Shown: positions 9,366 through 19,845, numbered from the stretch's first letter. The stretch is 64,000 nt of DNA from Alistipes sp. (GCA_045658845.1 JAZOVT010000093.1:33040-97039); one strand, 5' to 3'. Notes: generated from the letters alone by a model not told the origin. Numbers and translations: made by a program.

Positions 9366-10136
9366 TTACTCTTTTTGCTTCTCCTCCATATGCGACAATA
9401 TCGCTTTTGCCAAATCCTTGGGGGCTATGTTGCGTTCTATTTTACCACCATAAGCCACCGAGATTCCTCCCGTCTCCTCCGACACGACAACCACGATAGC
9501 ATCCGATGTCTCTGTTATACCGATTGCGGCTCTATGACGCGTACCATACGATTTAGGCACATTGGATTGCGTTACGGGCAATATACATTTGGCGGCCGCC
9601 ACTCGATTGTCCTGTACCACAACAGCACCATCGTGCAAAGGTGCATTCTTAAAGAATATATTCTCTAACAAAGGTACCGACAACTGCGCATTGATGGTTA
9701 TACCGCTGTCGATAATATCGCTCAAATCACTTCTCTGCGTCAAGACAATCAGAGCACCCGTCTTTGTCGCCGCCATCTCTACGGCAGCCGTCACGATAGG
9801 TTGCAGAGTAGGCTCATTCGAAGTACGCGCAAAGATTCGATTGATAAAGTTAAATGCACCTCGACGACGACCAATCATCTGCAAGAAACTACGTAACTCG
9901 GGCTGGAACAGAATGATAATAGCAATCATTCCGACACTAATCACCTGGCCCAAAATGGTCTGCAACAACTCCATATTGAGCGCACGCACCACCACCCATA
10001 CCACATAGATGAAGATTATGCCCGTAAAAATATATGGGGCATTCGTACCTCGTGTCATTCGGTAGAGTCCGAACATCAACGATGCAACAAGCAATATATC
10101 TAAGAAATCGACAAATGTAAACGGTATAAAATCCAT
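9366..10136 (-). CDS. cdaA: Diadenylate cyclase CdaA
   Basis: Three N-terminal TM helices, FQPELR, PLHDGA, GTRHRAA, VSEETG. Confidence 0.95.
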   Translation of the reverse strand: MDFIPFTFVDFLDILLVASLMFGLYRMTRGTNAPYIFTGIIFIYVVWVVVRALNMELLQTILGQVISVGMIAIIILFQPELRSFLQMIGRRRGAFNFINRIFARTSNEPTLQPIVTAAVEMAATKTGALIVLTQRSDLSDIIDSGITINAQLSVPLLENIFFKNAPLHDGAVVVQDNRVAAAKCILPVTQSNVPKSYGTRHRAAIGITETSDAIVVVVSEETGGISVAYGGKIERNIAPKDLAKAILSHMEEKQKE

Positions 10137-10267
10137 AATGCGGTCATTTCACTATGCAAATATAGCATAAATCAAATTCAAAATTCAAAATTAGGTGCTT
10201 AAAATTACCCATCACTTTACAATTTGAACATAACACGCCCTATCTCTCGACATCGAATCGCTCATAA

Positions 10268-10309
10268 TAAAATCAGACGGCTACTAATTGTCGAAAATTA
10301 ATAGCCGTC
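10268..10309 (-). terminator. Probable intrinsic terminator
   Basis: GACGGCTA / TAGCCGTC stem just past the stop of the 10323 gene. Confidence 0.6.
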
Positions 10310-10322
10310 GCGGATAGGTGTA

Positions 10323-11681
10323 TTATACTTTAGGGGCCCAGCCCTTTTCGTACTTACGTCCCCAAAGTTTATTAACCTCGGAGTTGGCATTAAGGATACG
10401 ACCACTCACGGGGTCAATCTCCAAAGATTGGCCTGTGCGTTGAGCGATATTACCATATTGTACCAACTGTGTACTGATGCAAGCATCTACGATATTGGAG
10501 TTGAGCGTAGCGCCCTTACGAATACCATCAAACCAATTACGGAAATGGAACACATCCAATGCCTCTGATGGATTGAGCAGATTACCCTCCTCAAAGGTAA
10601 GTTCACTCTTCACATCCTTAATTAACTTACCCTTAATATCGTGAATCTGATAGGCATTTCCGTTACCCAAGAAGAGTGTACCCGTCTCGCCATAGAACGC
10701 AACACCAGCACTCATTGCATCAACTGGTTGAAGGTTACAACTGCGGCCTTCCCAAGAGCCCGATGCTTTATCGCCAAACTGGAACGTGATGAGTTGAGTA
10801 TCGGGAGTCTCCCAATCATCTTCAAAGCGATAACGACCTCCGACAGAGTTTACCTTTGTAGGATACTCGACATCGAGTCCCCAACGCATCAAATCGACAA
10901 AGTGAGTACCGTTATTCAACGCCTCACCCGTTCCCCAATTCCAGAACCAATGCCAATTATAGTGTACTATATTGTCACGATACTCTGTACGGGGTGCGGG
11001 ACCCTGCCACAAATCCCAATCCAACCACTCTGGGACTGCAGTAACCTTGCCACGACCGATTGATGCACGATTGTTTGAATACCACGACTTTGCATATTGT
11101 ACACGACCTATTGAGCCACCACGCACCTCTTCAATAGCGGCTATTACATTAGGCCACGAACGACGCTGGTTACCGACCTGAACGACCTTATTGTATTTTG
11201 ATGTAGCGCGAATCAACATCTCATTCTCGGCTGGATTATGGCTTGTTGGCTTCTCAACATAGACGTGCTTACCTGCCTGCATTGCCATAATAGCCGCAGG
11301 TGCGTGCCAATGGTCGGGCATAGCGATGGCTACGGCCTCAATATCATTAGGCTCCAACATCTTGCGAATGTCACGCTCACCACGAGGAGTTTTACCTGTA
11401 ATCTTCTTAACAGCCTCCTGACAAGTGGCTATTGCTCGCGTATCAACATCACAAACACAAGTAACCTCACATTCAGGAAGTTTTGCAAGGCACTGCGCAA
11501 TGGCACGACCTCGAGAATTAACACCTATTACGCCAATACGAATCTTCTCGTTTGCGCCTGCAACACTCTTGTATGATGCGGCCGTTTGTGACATCGCCGC
11601 TTGAGCAGTAGTCACGCGCCCCAACGACAAGGCTGTAGCGCCGACTAATGCTTGTTTTAGAAAATCTTTTCTGCTTATCAT
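10323..11681 (-). CDS. Gfo/Idh/MocA oxidoreductase with Tat-like signal
   Basis: SRKDFLK signal, IGVIGVNSRG, PDHWH, YVEKP, QVGNQRRS, LDWDLWQGPAP. Confidence 0.9.
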   Translation of the reverse strand: MISRKDFLKQALVGATALSLGRVTTAQAAMSQTAASYKSVAGANEKIRIGVIGVNSRGRAIAQCLAKLPECEVTCVCDVDTRAIATCQEAVKKITGKTPRGERDIRKMLEPNDIEAVAIAMPDHWHAPAAIMAMQAGKHVYVEKPTSHNPAENEMLIRATSKYNKVVQVGNQRRSWPNVIAAIEEVRGGSIGRVQYAKSWYSNNRASIGRGKVTAVPEWLDWDLWQGPAPRTEYRDNIVHYNWHWFWNWGTGEALNNGTHFVDLMRWGLDVEYPTKVNSVGGRYRFEDDWETPDTQLITFQFGDKASGSWEGRSCNLQPVDAMSAGVAFYGETGTLFLGNGNAYQIHDIKGKLIKDVKSELTFEEGNLLNPSEALDVFHFRNWFDGIRKGATLNSNIVDACISTQLVQYGNIAQRTGQSLEIDPVSGRILNANSEVNKLWGRKYEKGWAPKV

Positions 11682-11738
11682 TATAGTAGTAGTTTTAGTA
11701 ATTTCTATTTCGTGTTAGTTTACAATTTCGGGAACGCC

Positions 11739-12740
11739 CTACTTTGCATATTGTTTAAGCAAGCGTTTAGCCTCCTTCTCTCCTTGCTTGAACGCCTCAT
11801 CGAGTGTTACCATCTTGCCGCCACGCTCCTTACTCAAATTAGATGCTCGCATAAAGGCAAAAATCTCCAAAGTCTCCTCTTTGCTGACGGGCGCTACACC
11901 TGTCTTAAAGAACTTCAGCACCTGCTCCAACAAAACCTTATAGCCTACATAGCCACCCGCTACAACTGCTTTGGATTCGGTATAAGCCATACCTCCATAG
12001 ATATGAGGACCTTTAACAATGGCACGGAATGTACCTATGCGGTCATCATCCCAATAGCCCGTAACGACATCACCCTGCTCGGTAGATACACGATTCACAG
12101 CCTTGCAACCTGTACCCAAAATTGTATAGAGTGTCTCAACTCCGTGTATGCCATAAAAACCAAAATCGGGATGCGTTGGCTCAACAGAGTGCGGAGAGTA
12201 GCAATCGGCACCGATAACCTTGCCCAACTCTCCATTACGCAACTGCTGATTAATAGGAGAATAACGCAATGCTGAAGACGAAAAGATAGGAATATTGTAC
12301 TTTTCGGCCATAGCATAGATTGCAATAGCCTCACCCAACGTCGCACCTATCGGTTTATCGATAAAACAAATCTTGCCCGCCTTGAACACCTCAACAGCCT
12401 GCTCAAGATGCAGACGGCCATCGTTAGTCTCAAGCAATACACAATCGACCTCCTTGAGCAAATCGGCAATTGAATCAACAATTTTTACACCGTGCTTTTT
12501 CACCGTCTCGGTGTATTCGGGAATACGCTTGTAACTCGATTCGATAGTCTGCGAGCCATAGGGATAGGCCGCCACCACCTTAAAGCCTTCGGCACAAGCC
12601 TCTTGACCGCTATTTATTAATTCGGTAAAGGCTGTAGAGTGTGACGTATCAAGACCTATGATACCTATACGGATTGGAGCCTGCGCCATAGCATTAATGC
12701 ACAAGCAAAGCGAGATAAATAATAGAGTAATTTTTTTCAT
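11739..12740 (-). CDS. Gfo/Idh/MocA-like oxidoreductase with Sec signal
   Basis: IGIIGLDTSH, DGRLH, FIDKP, FSSSALRY, YGIHGVE. Confidence 0.85.
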   Translation of the reverse strand: MKKITLLFISLCLCINAMAQAPIRIGIIGLDTSHSTAFTELINSGQEACAEGFKVVAAYPYGSQTIESSYKRIPEYTETVKKHGVKIVDSIADLLKEVDCVLLETNDGRLHLEQAVEVFKAGKICFIDKPIGATLGEAIAIYAMAEKYNIPIFSSSALRYSPINQQLRNGELGKVIGADCYSPHSVEPTHPDFGFYGIHGVETLYTILGTGCKAVNRVSTEQGDVVTGYWDDDRIGTFRAIVKGPHIYGGMAYTESKAVVAGGYVGYKVLLEQVLKFFKTGVAPVSKEETLEIFAFMRASNLSKERGGKMVTLDEAFKQGEKEAKRLLKQYAK

Positions 12741-12753
12741 AGTATTTTATTTA

Positions 12754-13356
12754 TTAGTTCTTTTCCTTGAGTAGTCCTTCTGTAAGTAACATTTTACGAT
12801 AGACATCCGCCTTCTTCTCTACTGCCATAGGATAGGCTCGTGAAGATGAGGGCATACGCCAAAAATGCATTTTTCTCCCTGCAAATACCACCTCCACCGA
12901 TGCCCCAACCAAAGGTTTTTCACATCCTATAGCCGCAGCCACAGCCTCCGTAGCCTTTTCACCCGTAGTAACGATTGCCCCACAAAGAGGTAATTGGGCA
13001 ACTAAGGCAGCAATATCAGTCGCGGTTACAATCTCCAAAAACTTATCCGACGCATTATCTTTCAAACGGAGGACTTCGCTGGCCGCATCATACAATGCTA
13101 TACCCCGTTCTGTACAGAACTTTACCACCGCATCCTTATCAAATCGGCGCTCCTCTCCACACTCGAAGATACGTTTATCGCCATAGAAAATATGCCCCAT
13201 AATTCGCCACATATCGTTTTGGAAGTTGGGGTAGAAGAACTCCATAGACCACCTTTCACGCTTGGGAGGGAAACTTCCGAGCATCAGCAATCTCGCACCA
13301 TCGGGCAGAAAGGGCTTAAGCGGATGACTCTCTATGGGGTATGATGCTGATTTCAT
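12754..13356 (-). CDS. Uracil-DNA glycosylase superfamily protein
   Basis: LGSFPP, FFYPNFQNDMW, MPSSSRAY. A TATATTTG promoter box just upstream favours start 13356. Confidence 0.85.
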   Translation of the reverse strand: MKSASYPIESHPLKPFLPDGARLLMLGSFPPKRERWSMEFFYPNFQNDMWRIMGHIFYGDKRIFECGEERRFDKDAVVKFCTERGIALYDAASEVLRLKDNASDKFLEIVTATDIAALVAQLPLCGAIVTTGEKATEAVAAAIGCEKPLVGASVEVVFAGRKMHFWRMPSSSRAYPMAVEKKADVYRKMLLTEGLLKEKN

Positions 13357-13475
13357 ATCCCAAATATATGAAAAAATATACAAAAAATCACACAATCTCT
13401 ATCTAAAAATCTATCACACGACAGATAAAGATACAGATTATGTGATTATGGGATGCGAACTGCCCTGCGGTCTAT

Positions 13476-14519
13476 TTAGTTTTGGTCCTCAACAGACTCT
13501 CGCTCCTCGCGGAAAATATTAAACTTGCGCAAACGATGATTGCGACGTGAAAGAATCAGACTCTCAATCAACAACAACGCCAACGCCACGGCCAACAGAT
13601 ACTGATACTGTTCATTATACTCCTCATATCGTACCGTAGAGAGTTCACTCTTCTCCATCTCGTTGATGCTCTTGACAATCTCTTCGAGGCCTATTGATTG
13701 CTTGGTTGCTCTAACGTATGCGCCATCGGTTATTGAGGCTATCTGCTCCAACATATGCTCGCCCAACTTCGACACAACCATCTGTCCATCTTCATCCTTA
13801 ACAAACTCTCCGTTGATTTTAATTGGCGCACCCTCGGGAGTACCTATACCGATTGTATAGATGCGTATACCCTGCTCTTTGGCGACACGCGCCGCCTCAA
13901 CAGCATCATCTTCGTGGTTCTCACCATCGGTAATAAGGACAATAACGCGACTCTGCTCGCTCTGACTCGAAAACGACAATGTAGCCAACTGCAATGCCTT
14001 GCCTATGGCTGTACCCTGCTCACCCACAAGCGTAGGCGAAAGGCGTTTAGCGAAAGCCTGCGCCATACGATAATCCGACGTAATGGGCAACTGCACTTTC
14101 GGCTCACCCGCAAAGGCCACCAAACCGACACGCTCCTGATGCAATCCTTCGAACAATTTACCTATTGCATATTTGGTACGCTCCAGACGATTTGGCTCAA
14201 AATCTTCGGCCAACATAGAGTTCGACACATCGACAACGAGCATCATCTCAACACCTTTAGACTTCTCCTCACGCAACTTCGAGCCGAACTGCGGCCGCGC
14301 AGCAGCCAACACCACGCACGCAAAGGCCAACAGATAAAGTACAAACTTCAGGCGCAACCTGCCGCGCGAAAAATCGGGCATCAAGCCTTTCAGCAACTCC
14401 ATATTACCGAACTTGGCCAACAAATGACGACGTCGGCGTGCTACCAGCGCATATATTATTGCCAGCGCAGGTATCAACAACAGAAGATATAAATATTCGC
14501 TATTAGCAAATCGAAACAT
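13476..14519 (-). CDS. batB: BatB, VWA domain membrane protein
   Basis: ARPQFG, DVSNSM MIDAS, PNRLER, ITDGENH. Confidence 0.9.
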   Translation of the reverse strand: MFRFANSEYLYLLLLIPALAIIYALVARRRRHLLAKFGNMELLKGLMPDFSRGRLRLKFVLYLLAFACVVLAAARPQFGSKLREEKSKGVEMMLVVDVSNSMLAEDFEPNRLERTKYAIGKLFEGLHQERVGLVAFAGEPKVQLPITSDYRMAQAFAKRLSPTLVGEQGTAIGKALQLATLSFSSQSEQSRVIVLITDGENHEDDAVEAARVAKEQGIRIYTIGIGTPEGAPIKINGEFVKDEDGQMVVSKLGEHMLEQIASITDGAYVRATKQSIGLEEIVKSINEMEKSELSTVRYEEYNEQYQYLLAVALALLLIESLILSRRNHRLRKFNIFREERESVEDQN

Positions 14520-14521
14520 AA

Positions 14522-15508
14522 CTACGGAATACGTTTAAGTAATACTTGACCAAAAAGGAACTCCACGAAAAGCAGCGCAATAGCCAACAACGCCAATGGC
14601 AAATATTGCTCGTGATAGATTGTCAGGTCGGTAACCTCGACCTTACTCTTTTCCAATTGGTTTATCTCGTCATATATGGCCTTGAGTTTCGCCTTATCTG
14701 TAGCGCGGAAATATTTTCCGCCCGTACGCGAGGCTATCTCCGTCAAGGTCTCCTCGTCAATCTCGACATCGGCCATCTGGAATGTCATATTGCCAAACAT
14801 ATCGACGGCGGGATAAGGCGCCTTACCGCGCGTACCAACGCCTATGGTATAGACTTTTATTCCCATATCGGCGGCAATATCGGCGGCCATCAATGGGGCT
14901 ATCTCACCACTATTATTCACACCATCGGTAAGCAGAATAACCACCTTGCTCTTCGCATCGCTCTCGCGGAGACGGTTGATAGCGGTAGCAAGTCCATTAC
15001 CGATTGCCGTACCATCCTCGACTACACCGCTACGAACACGCGCCAACATAGTCTGCAAGGTACTCTTATCGGTCGTCAGCGGGCTCTGCGTAAACGACTC
15101 ACCGGCAAACACCGCCAAACCGATACGGTCACCATAGCGGTCGGCAATAAACTCGCCAGCAACCTCTTTGGCGGCTGTTATACGGTCGGGCTTGAAATCG
15201 CGAGCCAACATTGAGCCCGAAATATCAATCGAGAGCATAATATCGATACCTTCGGCATTTGTACGACTCTGCTCCTCGATGGTTTGTGGTCGAGCCAACG
15301 CCACTACCAATGCCACAAATGCGGCACATCGCAACACAAAAGGCAGATGACGAAACCAATAACGCCAAGTACGCGGAGCCTTACGCACACCCTCTACAGA
15401 TGATATACGAATTGCCGCACCACCTTGCAATGCACGATATATGTAATAGGCTATCATTGGCACAACAAGCACCAACAGCCACAACAAATATGGATTTGCA
15501 AACTTCAA
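14522..15508 (-). CDS. batA: BatA, VWA domain membrane protein (TTG start)
   Basis: ALARP, DISGSMLARDFKPDR, GTAIGNGL, LTDGVNN, TGGKYFRATD. Confidence 0.92.
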   Translation of the reverse strand: MKFANPYLLWLLVLVVPMIAYYIYRALQGGAAIRISSVEGVRKAPRTWRYWFRHLPFVLRCAAFVALVVALARPQTIEEQSRTNAEGIDIMLSIDISGSMLARDFKPDRITAAKEVAGEFIADRYGDRIGLAVFAGESFTQSPLTTDKSTLQTMLARVRSGVVEDGTAIGNGLATAINRLRESDAKSKVVILLTDGVNNSGEIAPLMAADIAADMGIKVYTIGVGTRGKAPYPAVDMFGNMTFQMADVEIDEETLTEIASRTGGKYFRATDKAKLKAIYDEINQLEKSKVEVTDLTIYHEQYLPLALLAIALLFVEFLFGQVLLKRIP

Positions 15509-15594
15509 TTTTCGTTCAGTTTTTAGTTAAACACGTTTTATGCATCCATTAGCCACATTAGCGTAGCCAACAACATAAAACCATCCAATCAAAC

Positions 15595-16377
15595 TTACCA
15601 ATTTTTACGACCTTTGATAATCACACCCTTAGCCTTTTCGTCCAACTTCTCCTGCGTCTTATCCTCTTGAGCCTGAATAGCATTCAGTAACTGCTGTTGT
15701 TGTTGCTCGCTCATTCCGCTACGAGGAGGTTGCTGGCCCTGCTGATTCTGCTTATCGTCTTGATTATCTTGGTTGTTCTGATTGTTTTGATTGTTTTGGT
15801 TATCCTTATTATCCTGGTTTTGGTTATTATCCTGATTCTGGTCGTTCTGGTCTTGATTTTGGTTTTGGTCGTTTTGATTATTCTGGTCCTGATTCTGCTG
15901 TTGGTCTTGATTTTGTTGTTGCTGTTCGAGCAACTTCTTGGTATAGGCATAATTATACTTTGCCTCCAAATCATCAGGATTCAACGTCAGCGAACGACGA
16001 TAACTCTGCAACGCCTCCTGCAACTTCTGCTGAGCAAATTGAGCATTTCCCAAATTGAAATATGCCTCCGCGCGGTCAGTAGCCGATTGCAGTGAGTCGG
16101 CAGCCGTCGCCGTCAATAATTGCTCGGCACGGTCGTAGCGCTCGGTACGGAACATCGCATTTCCCAAATTATATTTCGCCGCAAACGATGTAGAATCATA
16201 GACCAAAGCCTGCTGATAACTATCTGCACTCTGCTCATAGCGCTGATTGGAGAATTGCCTATTACCCTTACGCACCAAGCCTCTCTCGGGCATATTTTGC
16301 GCATAGGCATCAGCCATAACAAAGATTACGGCCACACACGCTAAAACTACATATTTAATCTTTCGTATCATAGCCAT
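15595..16377 (-). CDS. batC: BatC, TPR protein with Q/N/D-rich linker
   Basis: TPRs (YNLGNA, FNLGNA), QNQD low-complexity tract, C-terminal LLNAIQAQEDKTQEK...KNW. Confidence 0.88.
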   Translation of the reverse strand: MAMIRKIKYVVLACVAVIFVMADAYAQNMPERGLVRKGNRQFSNQRYEQSADSYQQALVYDSTSFAAKYNLGNAMFRTERYDRAEQLLTATAADSLQSATDRAEAYFNLGNAQFAQQKLQEALQSYRRSLTLNPDDLEAKYNYAYTKKLLEQQQQNQDQQQNQDQNNQNDQNQNQDQNDQNQDNNQNQDNKDNQNNQNNQNNQDNQDDKQNQQGQQPPRSGMSEQQQQQLLNAIQAQEDKTQEKLDEKAKGVIIKGRKNW

Positions 16378-17438
16378 TAACCTTTTTTCTCTGTTTTACT
16401 ACTCTTCTGCGGCTCATCCTCATCATCCTCGATAATCTCTACGGGCTTGGTCTGCTCGACAAAATCCCACGCTGCACGGAATGCGGCCTCATTCTCTTCG
16501 GCCTCAGGCATCGCCTTTGCAAACTTCACCAGGTCGGCCTCACGCAGAATATCAGCCAAATCCATAGCACTCTTCTGCGGCAACTCAACACTACGCATAG
16601 CCTCGATGATTTCGTCCGAGGTCATCTCCATAGCGCCTACACCATAACGGCCCGCGATATATGCTCGGATAATATCTGTAAGGGTTGAGTAATATAGTTT
16701 ATGCTCACCCTCCTGCCACAGGCGTTGCTGACGCAACTTCTCCAATGCCATTTGAGCCTCAACGTGGGGTGGCAGAGGTGGTGCAGGCTTAAATATGTCT
16801 GATATATTCTTACCATAATGAGCCAATATACGTTTTGCCACATAGAACAACAAAGCCAACAAAAGCAGTACGATTATCGTCCACTTCACATAGCCCGAAA
16901 TCTCACCAAACTTGAAAGGCAGATTCTTCTGCGGCTTGATATCAAATGGGGCGTGTGCCGTAGAATCTATCTGGAAAGTTGTAACGAGCAGAGATAACGT
17001 ATCGGGGCCATACAACGTATCGACAATATTCTTGTCGGCATACATCACCTGCGGCACAACGCTATGAATACCCTCTTCGAAAGCGGCCAAACGATAGCTC
17101 TTGCGAATCTTCAGGCGACGACCTTCTCGCTCAAGTGTATCGACAGGCATATCCTCAATTAATTCATACGCCTCTGCACCTTTACCGCTAAATGACGGGA
17201 ACAGCACACTCTGCACCAAATCCTTCTCGACCTCAATCGAATAGACAAAGCGGTCGCCAATGCCGATTGAATCAACATCGATGCTGCCACTTACGCGCGG
17301 AGCCTTATCATCTGCCACAGCCGTCGTTTTCTGGTCTTGAGCCGACACTAACGGCATCGCAAAGAGTGCCACCAAGCATAGTGTAGCCGCCGCAAGAGTA
17401 AACTTTGATTTATCTATATAATATCTCGGACTCTTCAT
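16377..17438 (-). CDS. Conserved bat-operon single-pass membrane protein
   Basis: Signal peptide, TM helix, PPHVEA, LTDIIRAYI, AMEMTSDE, ADLVKFAK. Confidence 0.8.
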   Translation of the reverse strand: MKSPRYYIDKSKFTLAAATLCLVALFAMPLVSAQDQKTTAVADDKAPRVSGSIDVDSIGIGDRFVYSIEVEKDLVQSVLFPSFSGKGAEAYELIEDMPVDTLEREGRRLKIRKSYRLAAFEEGIHSVVPQVMYADKNIVDTLYGPDTLSLLVTTFQIDSTAHAPFDIKPQKNLPFKFGEISGYVKWTIIVLLLLALLFYVAKRILAHYGKNISDIFKPAPPLPPHVEAQMALEKLRQQRLWQEGEHKLYYSTLTDIIRAYIAGRYGVGAMEMTSDEIIEAMRSVELPQKSAMDLADILREADLVKFAKAMPEAEENEAAFRAAWDFVEQTKPVEIIEDDEDEPQKSSKTEKKG

Positions 17439-18322
17439 TATCGTGACTTAAACAATTTTATAAGTTCAGCGACATAGTCGCCCTCTGTCGAAATTGTTGC
17501 CATATCTATACGATTACGACGCAACAACTCCTTTACAGCCTCATCGCGCTGATGCCAACTCTCGGCATAGTGCTCTCTCACACGAGCAGAAGAGGTATCA
17601 ACCCACACTTTACGGTCGGTCTCTGCATCCTGCAACTCGACAATACCCACATCGGGCAACTCCGCTTCGCGCTCATCCCACACGCGTATGCCCACCAAAT
17701 CGTGTTTCGAGCGAGCAATCTTCAACGCATCCTCCAACGCGGCATCGTCGCGGTGAGAGTTCATAAAGTCGGATAGGATGAAGGTCGTACAACGTTTCTT
17801 GTTGACATTGGTCAAATAACGCACCGCCTCCGATATAGCCGTACGCTGTGATTCGGGACGGAACTTTATCAATTCGCGGATGATGGTCAGGATATGGCTC
17901 TTGCCCTTCTTGGGCGGGATGAACTTTTCAACCTTATCGGAAAAGAAAATACAACCCACCTTATCGTTATTCTGCGCCGCCGAGAAAGCCAATACTGCCG
18001 CAATCTCGGTAATGATACTCTTCTTCAGTCGCTCCGACGTACCGAACATACGTGAGCCACTGACATCGACGAGCAACATCATCGTAAGTTCGCGCTCCTC
18101 CTCATAAATCTTGATATGAGGCTTCGAAGAGCGGGCCGTTACGTTCCAATCGATATCGCGTACATCGTCACCCGTACGATACTCTCTCACCTCCGAAAAC
18201 GACATACCACGTCCGCGAAAAGCAGTATGATACTTTCCCGCGAAAATCTCATTCGACAGACCTCGGGTCTTAATCTCAATCTTTCGAACGCGCTTTAAGA
18301 TATCGTTCTCTTTTTCCTGCAT
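17438..18322 (-). CDS. DUF58 family protein
   Basis: GMSFSEVREY..GDDVRDIDWNVTAR, EEEREL, DVSGS, SDF. Confidence 0.93.
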   Translation of the reverse strand: MQEKENDILKRVRKIEIKTRGLSNEIFAGKYHTAFRGRGMSFSEVREYRTGDDVRDIDWNVTARSSKPHIKIYEEERELTMMLLVDVSGSRMFGTSERLKKSIITEIAAVLAFSAAQNNDKVGCIFFSDKVEKFIPPKKGKSHILTIIRELIKFRPESQRTAISEAVRYLTNVNKKRCTTFILSDFMNSHRDDAALEDALKIARSKHDLVGIRVWDEREAELPDVGIVELQDAETDRKVWVDTSSARVREHYAESWHQRDEAVKELLRRNRIDMATISTEGDYVAELIKLFKSR

Positions 18323-18326
18323 AAGG

Positions 18327-19325
18327 TTAAGGAACTATTACGTTATTAAGAATCTCTGTAATAATCTGCTCGGTGGTGATATTCTCGGCCTCGGCCTCAT
18401 AGGTGAGTCCGATACGGTGACGCAATACATCGTGACACACGGCACGCACATCCTCAGGAATAACATAACCACGACGACGGATAAACGCATAGGCACGCGC
18501 AGCCTTCGCCAACGAGATACTGGCACGAGGCGAGCCTCCGTAAGCAATCAGCGGCTGCAACTTCTCAAGACTATACTCTGCGGGCTCGCGTGTTGCGAAG
18601 ATAATGTCGATGATATACTTCTCAATCTTCTCGTCCATATATACATCCTCCACAACGCGACGTGCCTTTACAATATCTTCGGGCGAGATAACCTTTGCTG
18701 GTGAAGGCATACCACCTCCCGCAAGATTCATACGCACAATCTCACGCTCCTCCTGCTTCTTGGGATACGAAATCTTGGCCTTCAACATAAAACGGTCAAC
18801 CTGCGCCTCGGGAAGAGGATAGGTACCCTCCTGCTCCAGCGGGTTCTGTGTCGCCAAAACCAAGAATGGCTCGGGCAGACGATAAGTCTCATCGCCAATC
18901 GTCACCTGACGCTCCTGCATAGCCTCCAAAAGTGCCGACTGCACCTTTGCCGGAGAACGGTTAATCTCATCCGCCAACACGAAGTTAGCGAAAACGGGAC
19001 CCTTGCGCACTACAAACTCCTCGCTCTTCTGCGAATAGATGAGTGTACCAACAAGGTCGGCAGGCAAAAGGTCGGGTGTAAACTGAATACGGGCGAAATC
19101 GGCATCTACGGCCTTTGCCAACGTAGTAATCGCCAAAGTCTTTGCCAAACCTGGCACACCCTCCAACAAGATGTGGCCATTCGACAAAAGTCCTATTAAA
19201 AGGGTATCGACCAGATGACTCTGGCCGACAATAACTTTACTCATCTCAGCACGCAGAGTATCCACAAATACACTCTCGCGCTCGATACGTTCATTCAACT
19301 CTTTAATGTTGATTACTTCACTCAT
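18327..19325 (-). CDS. moxR: MoxR family AAA+ ATPase
   Basis: GVPGLAKT, RIQFTPDLLPAD, ADEINR, ATQNPLEQEGTYPLPEAQVDRF. Confidence 0.96.
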   Translation of the reverse strand: MSEVINIKELNERIERESVFVDTLRAEMSKVIVGQSHLVDTLLIGLLSNGHILLEGVPGLAKTLAITTLAKAVDADFARIQFTPDLLPADLVGTLIYSQKSEEFVVRKGPVFANFVLADEINRSPAKVQSALLEAMQERQVTIGDETYRLPEPFLVLATQNPLEQEGTYPLPEAQVDRFMLKAKISYPKKQEEREIVRMNLAGGGMPSPAKVISPEDIVKARRVVEDVYMDEKIEKYIIDIIFATREPAEYSLEKLQPLIAYGGSPRASISLAKAARAYAFIRRRGYVIPEDVRAVCHDVLRHRIGLTYEAEAENITTEQIITEILNNVIVP

Positions 19326-19748
19326 AGGTTTATCTTTTTATATTTTCTATTTCTCGGTTTTGTCACACACTCTGGAGTGCGTACATATTATAACGCACAC
19401 TGGTATAATATTATTGCAAATATAATAAAAAAAGTTATCTCACAAAGATTATTCAAGAACAAAGATTGCATTTACAGCATTTCGCATAGGCTTACGAGGC
19501 ACATCAGCCAAATTACATCTTACATTTTCGTTATATGCAATATATATTTGCCACAAAGCAAAAAATCTGCACGCCAACCGCGTCTCCCATATTTCACCTT
19601 ACACTTTTACGCAAAATGCCATATAAAAACTAACAGTTTATTACCAAGGCCATATTTTACCCATCTTCAGCAACGCAAAATCGTAAAAATCGACTTATTT
19701 CACAGTTATACATTCAAACGATAGGCCAATTCACTTGACATACTACAT

Positions 19749-19792
19749 AAAAAAGCAGTACTGCGCAACAATCAATGACTATTTGCGCAGTA
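19749..19792 (-). terminator. Intrinsic terminator after HU
   Basis: TACTGCGCAA / TTGCGCAGTA stem with an A run on the + side. Confidence 0.65.
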
Positions 19793-19845
19793 TACTTCCA
19801 CTACCACACGAGGTAGCGATTTTGTCCAATCTTGGTAAATTCCAA

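Noticed and set aside
10170-10192. AAATTCA short tandem repeat
   Set aside because: Only about 2.5 copies in AT-rich intergenic DNA, which is insufficient evidence of function.
15730-15930. Q/N/D-rich repeat as a novel prion-like element
   Set aside because: It is the usual low-complexity linker of BatC.
19355-19710. oriC- or Xer-like site (imperfect DnaA boxes; AGTGCGTACAT resembling a cer XerC arm)
   Set aside because: No perfect DnaA box, no matching XerD arm and no supporting gene context.
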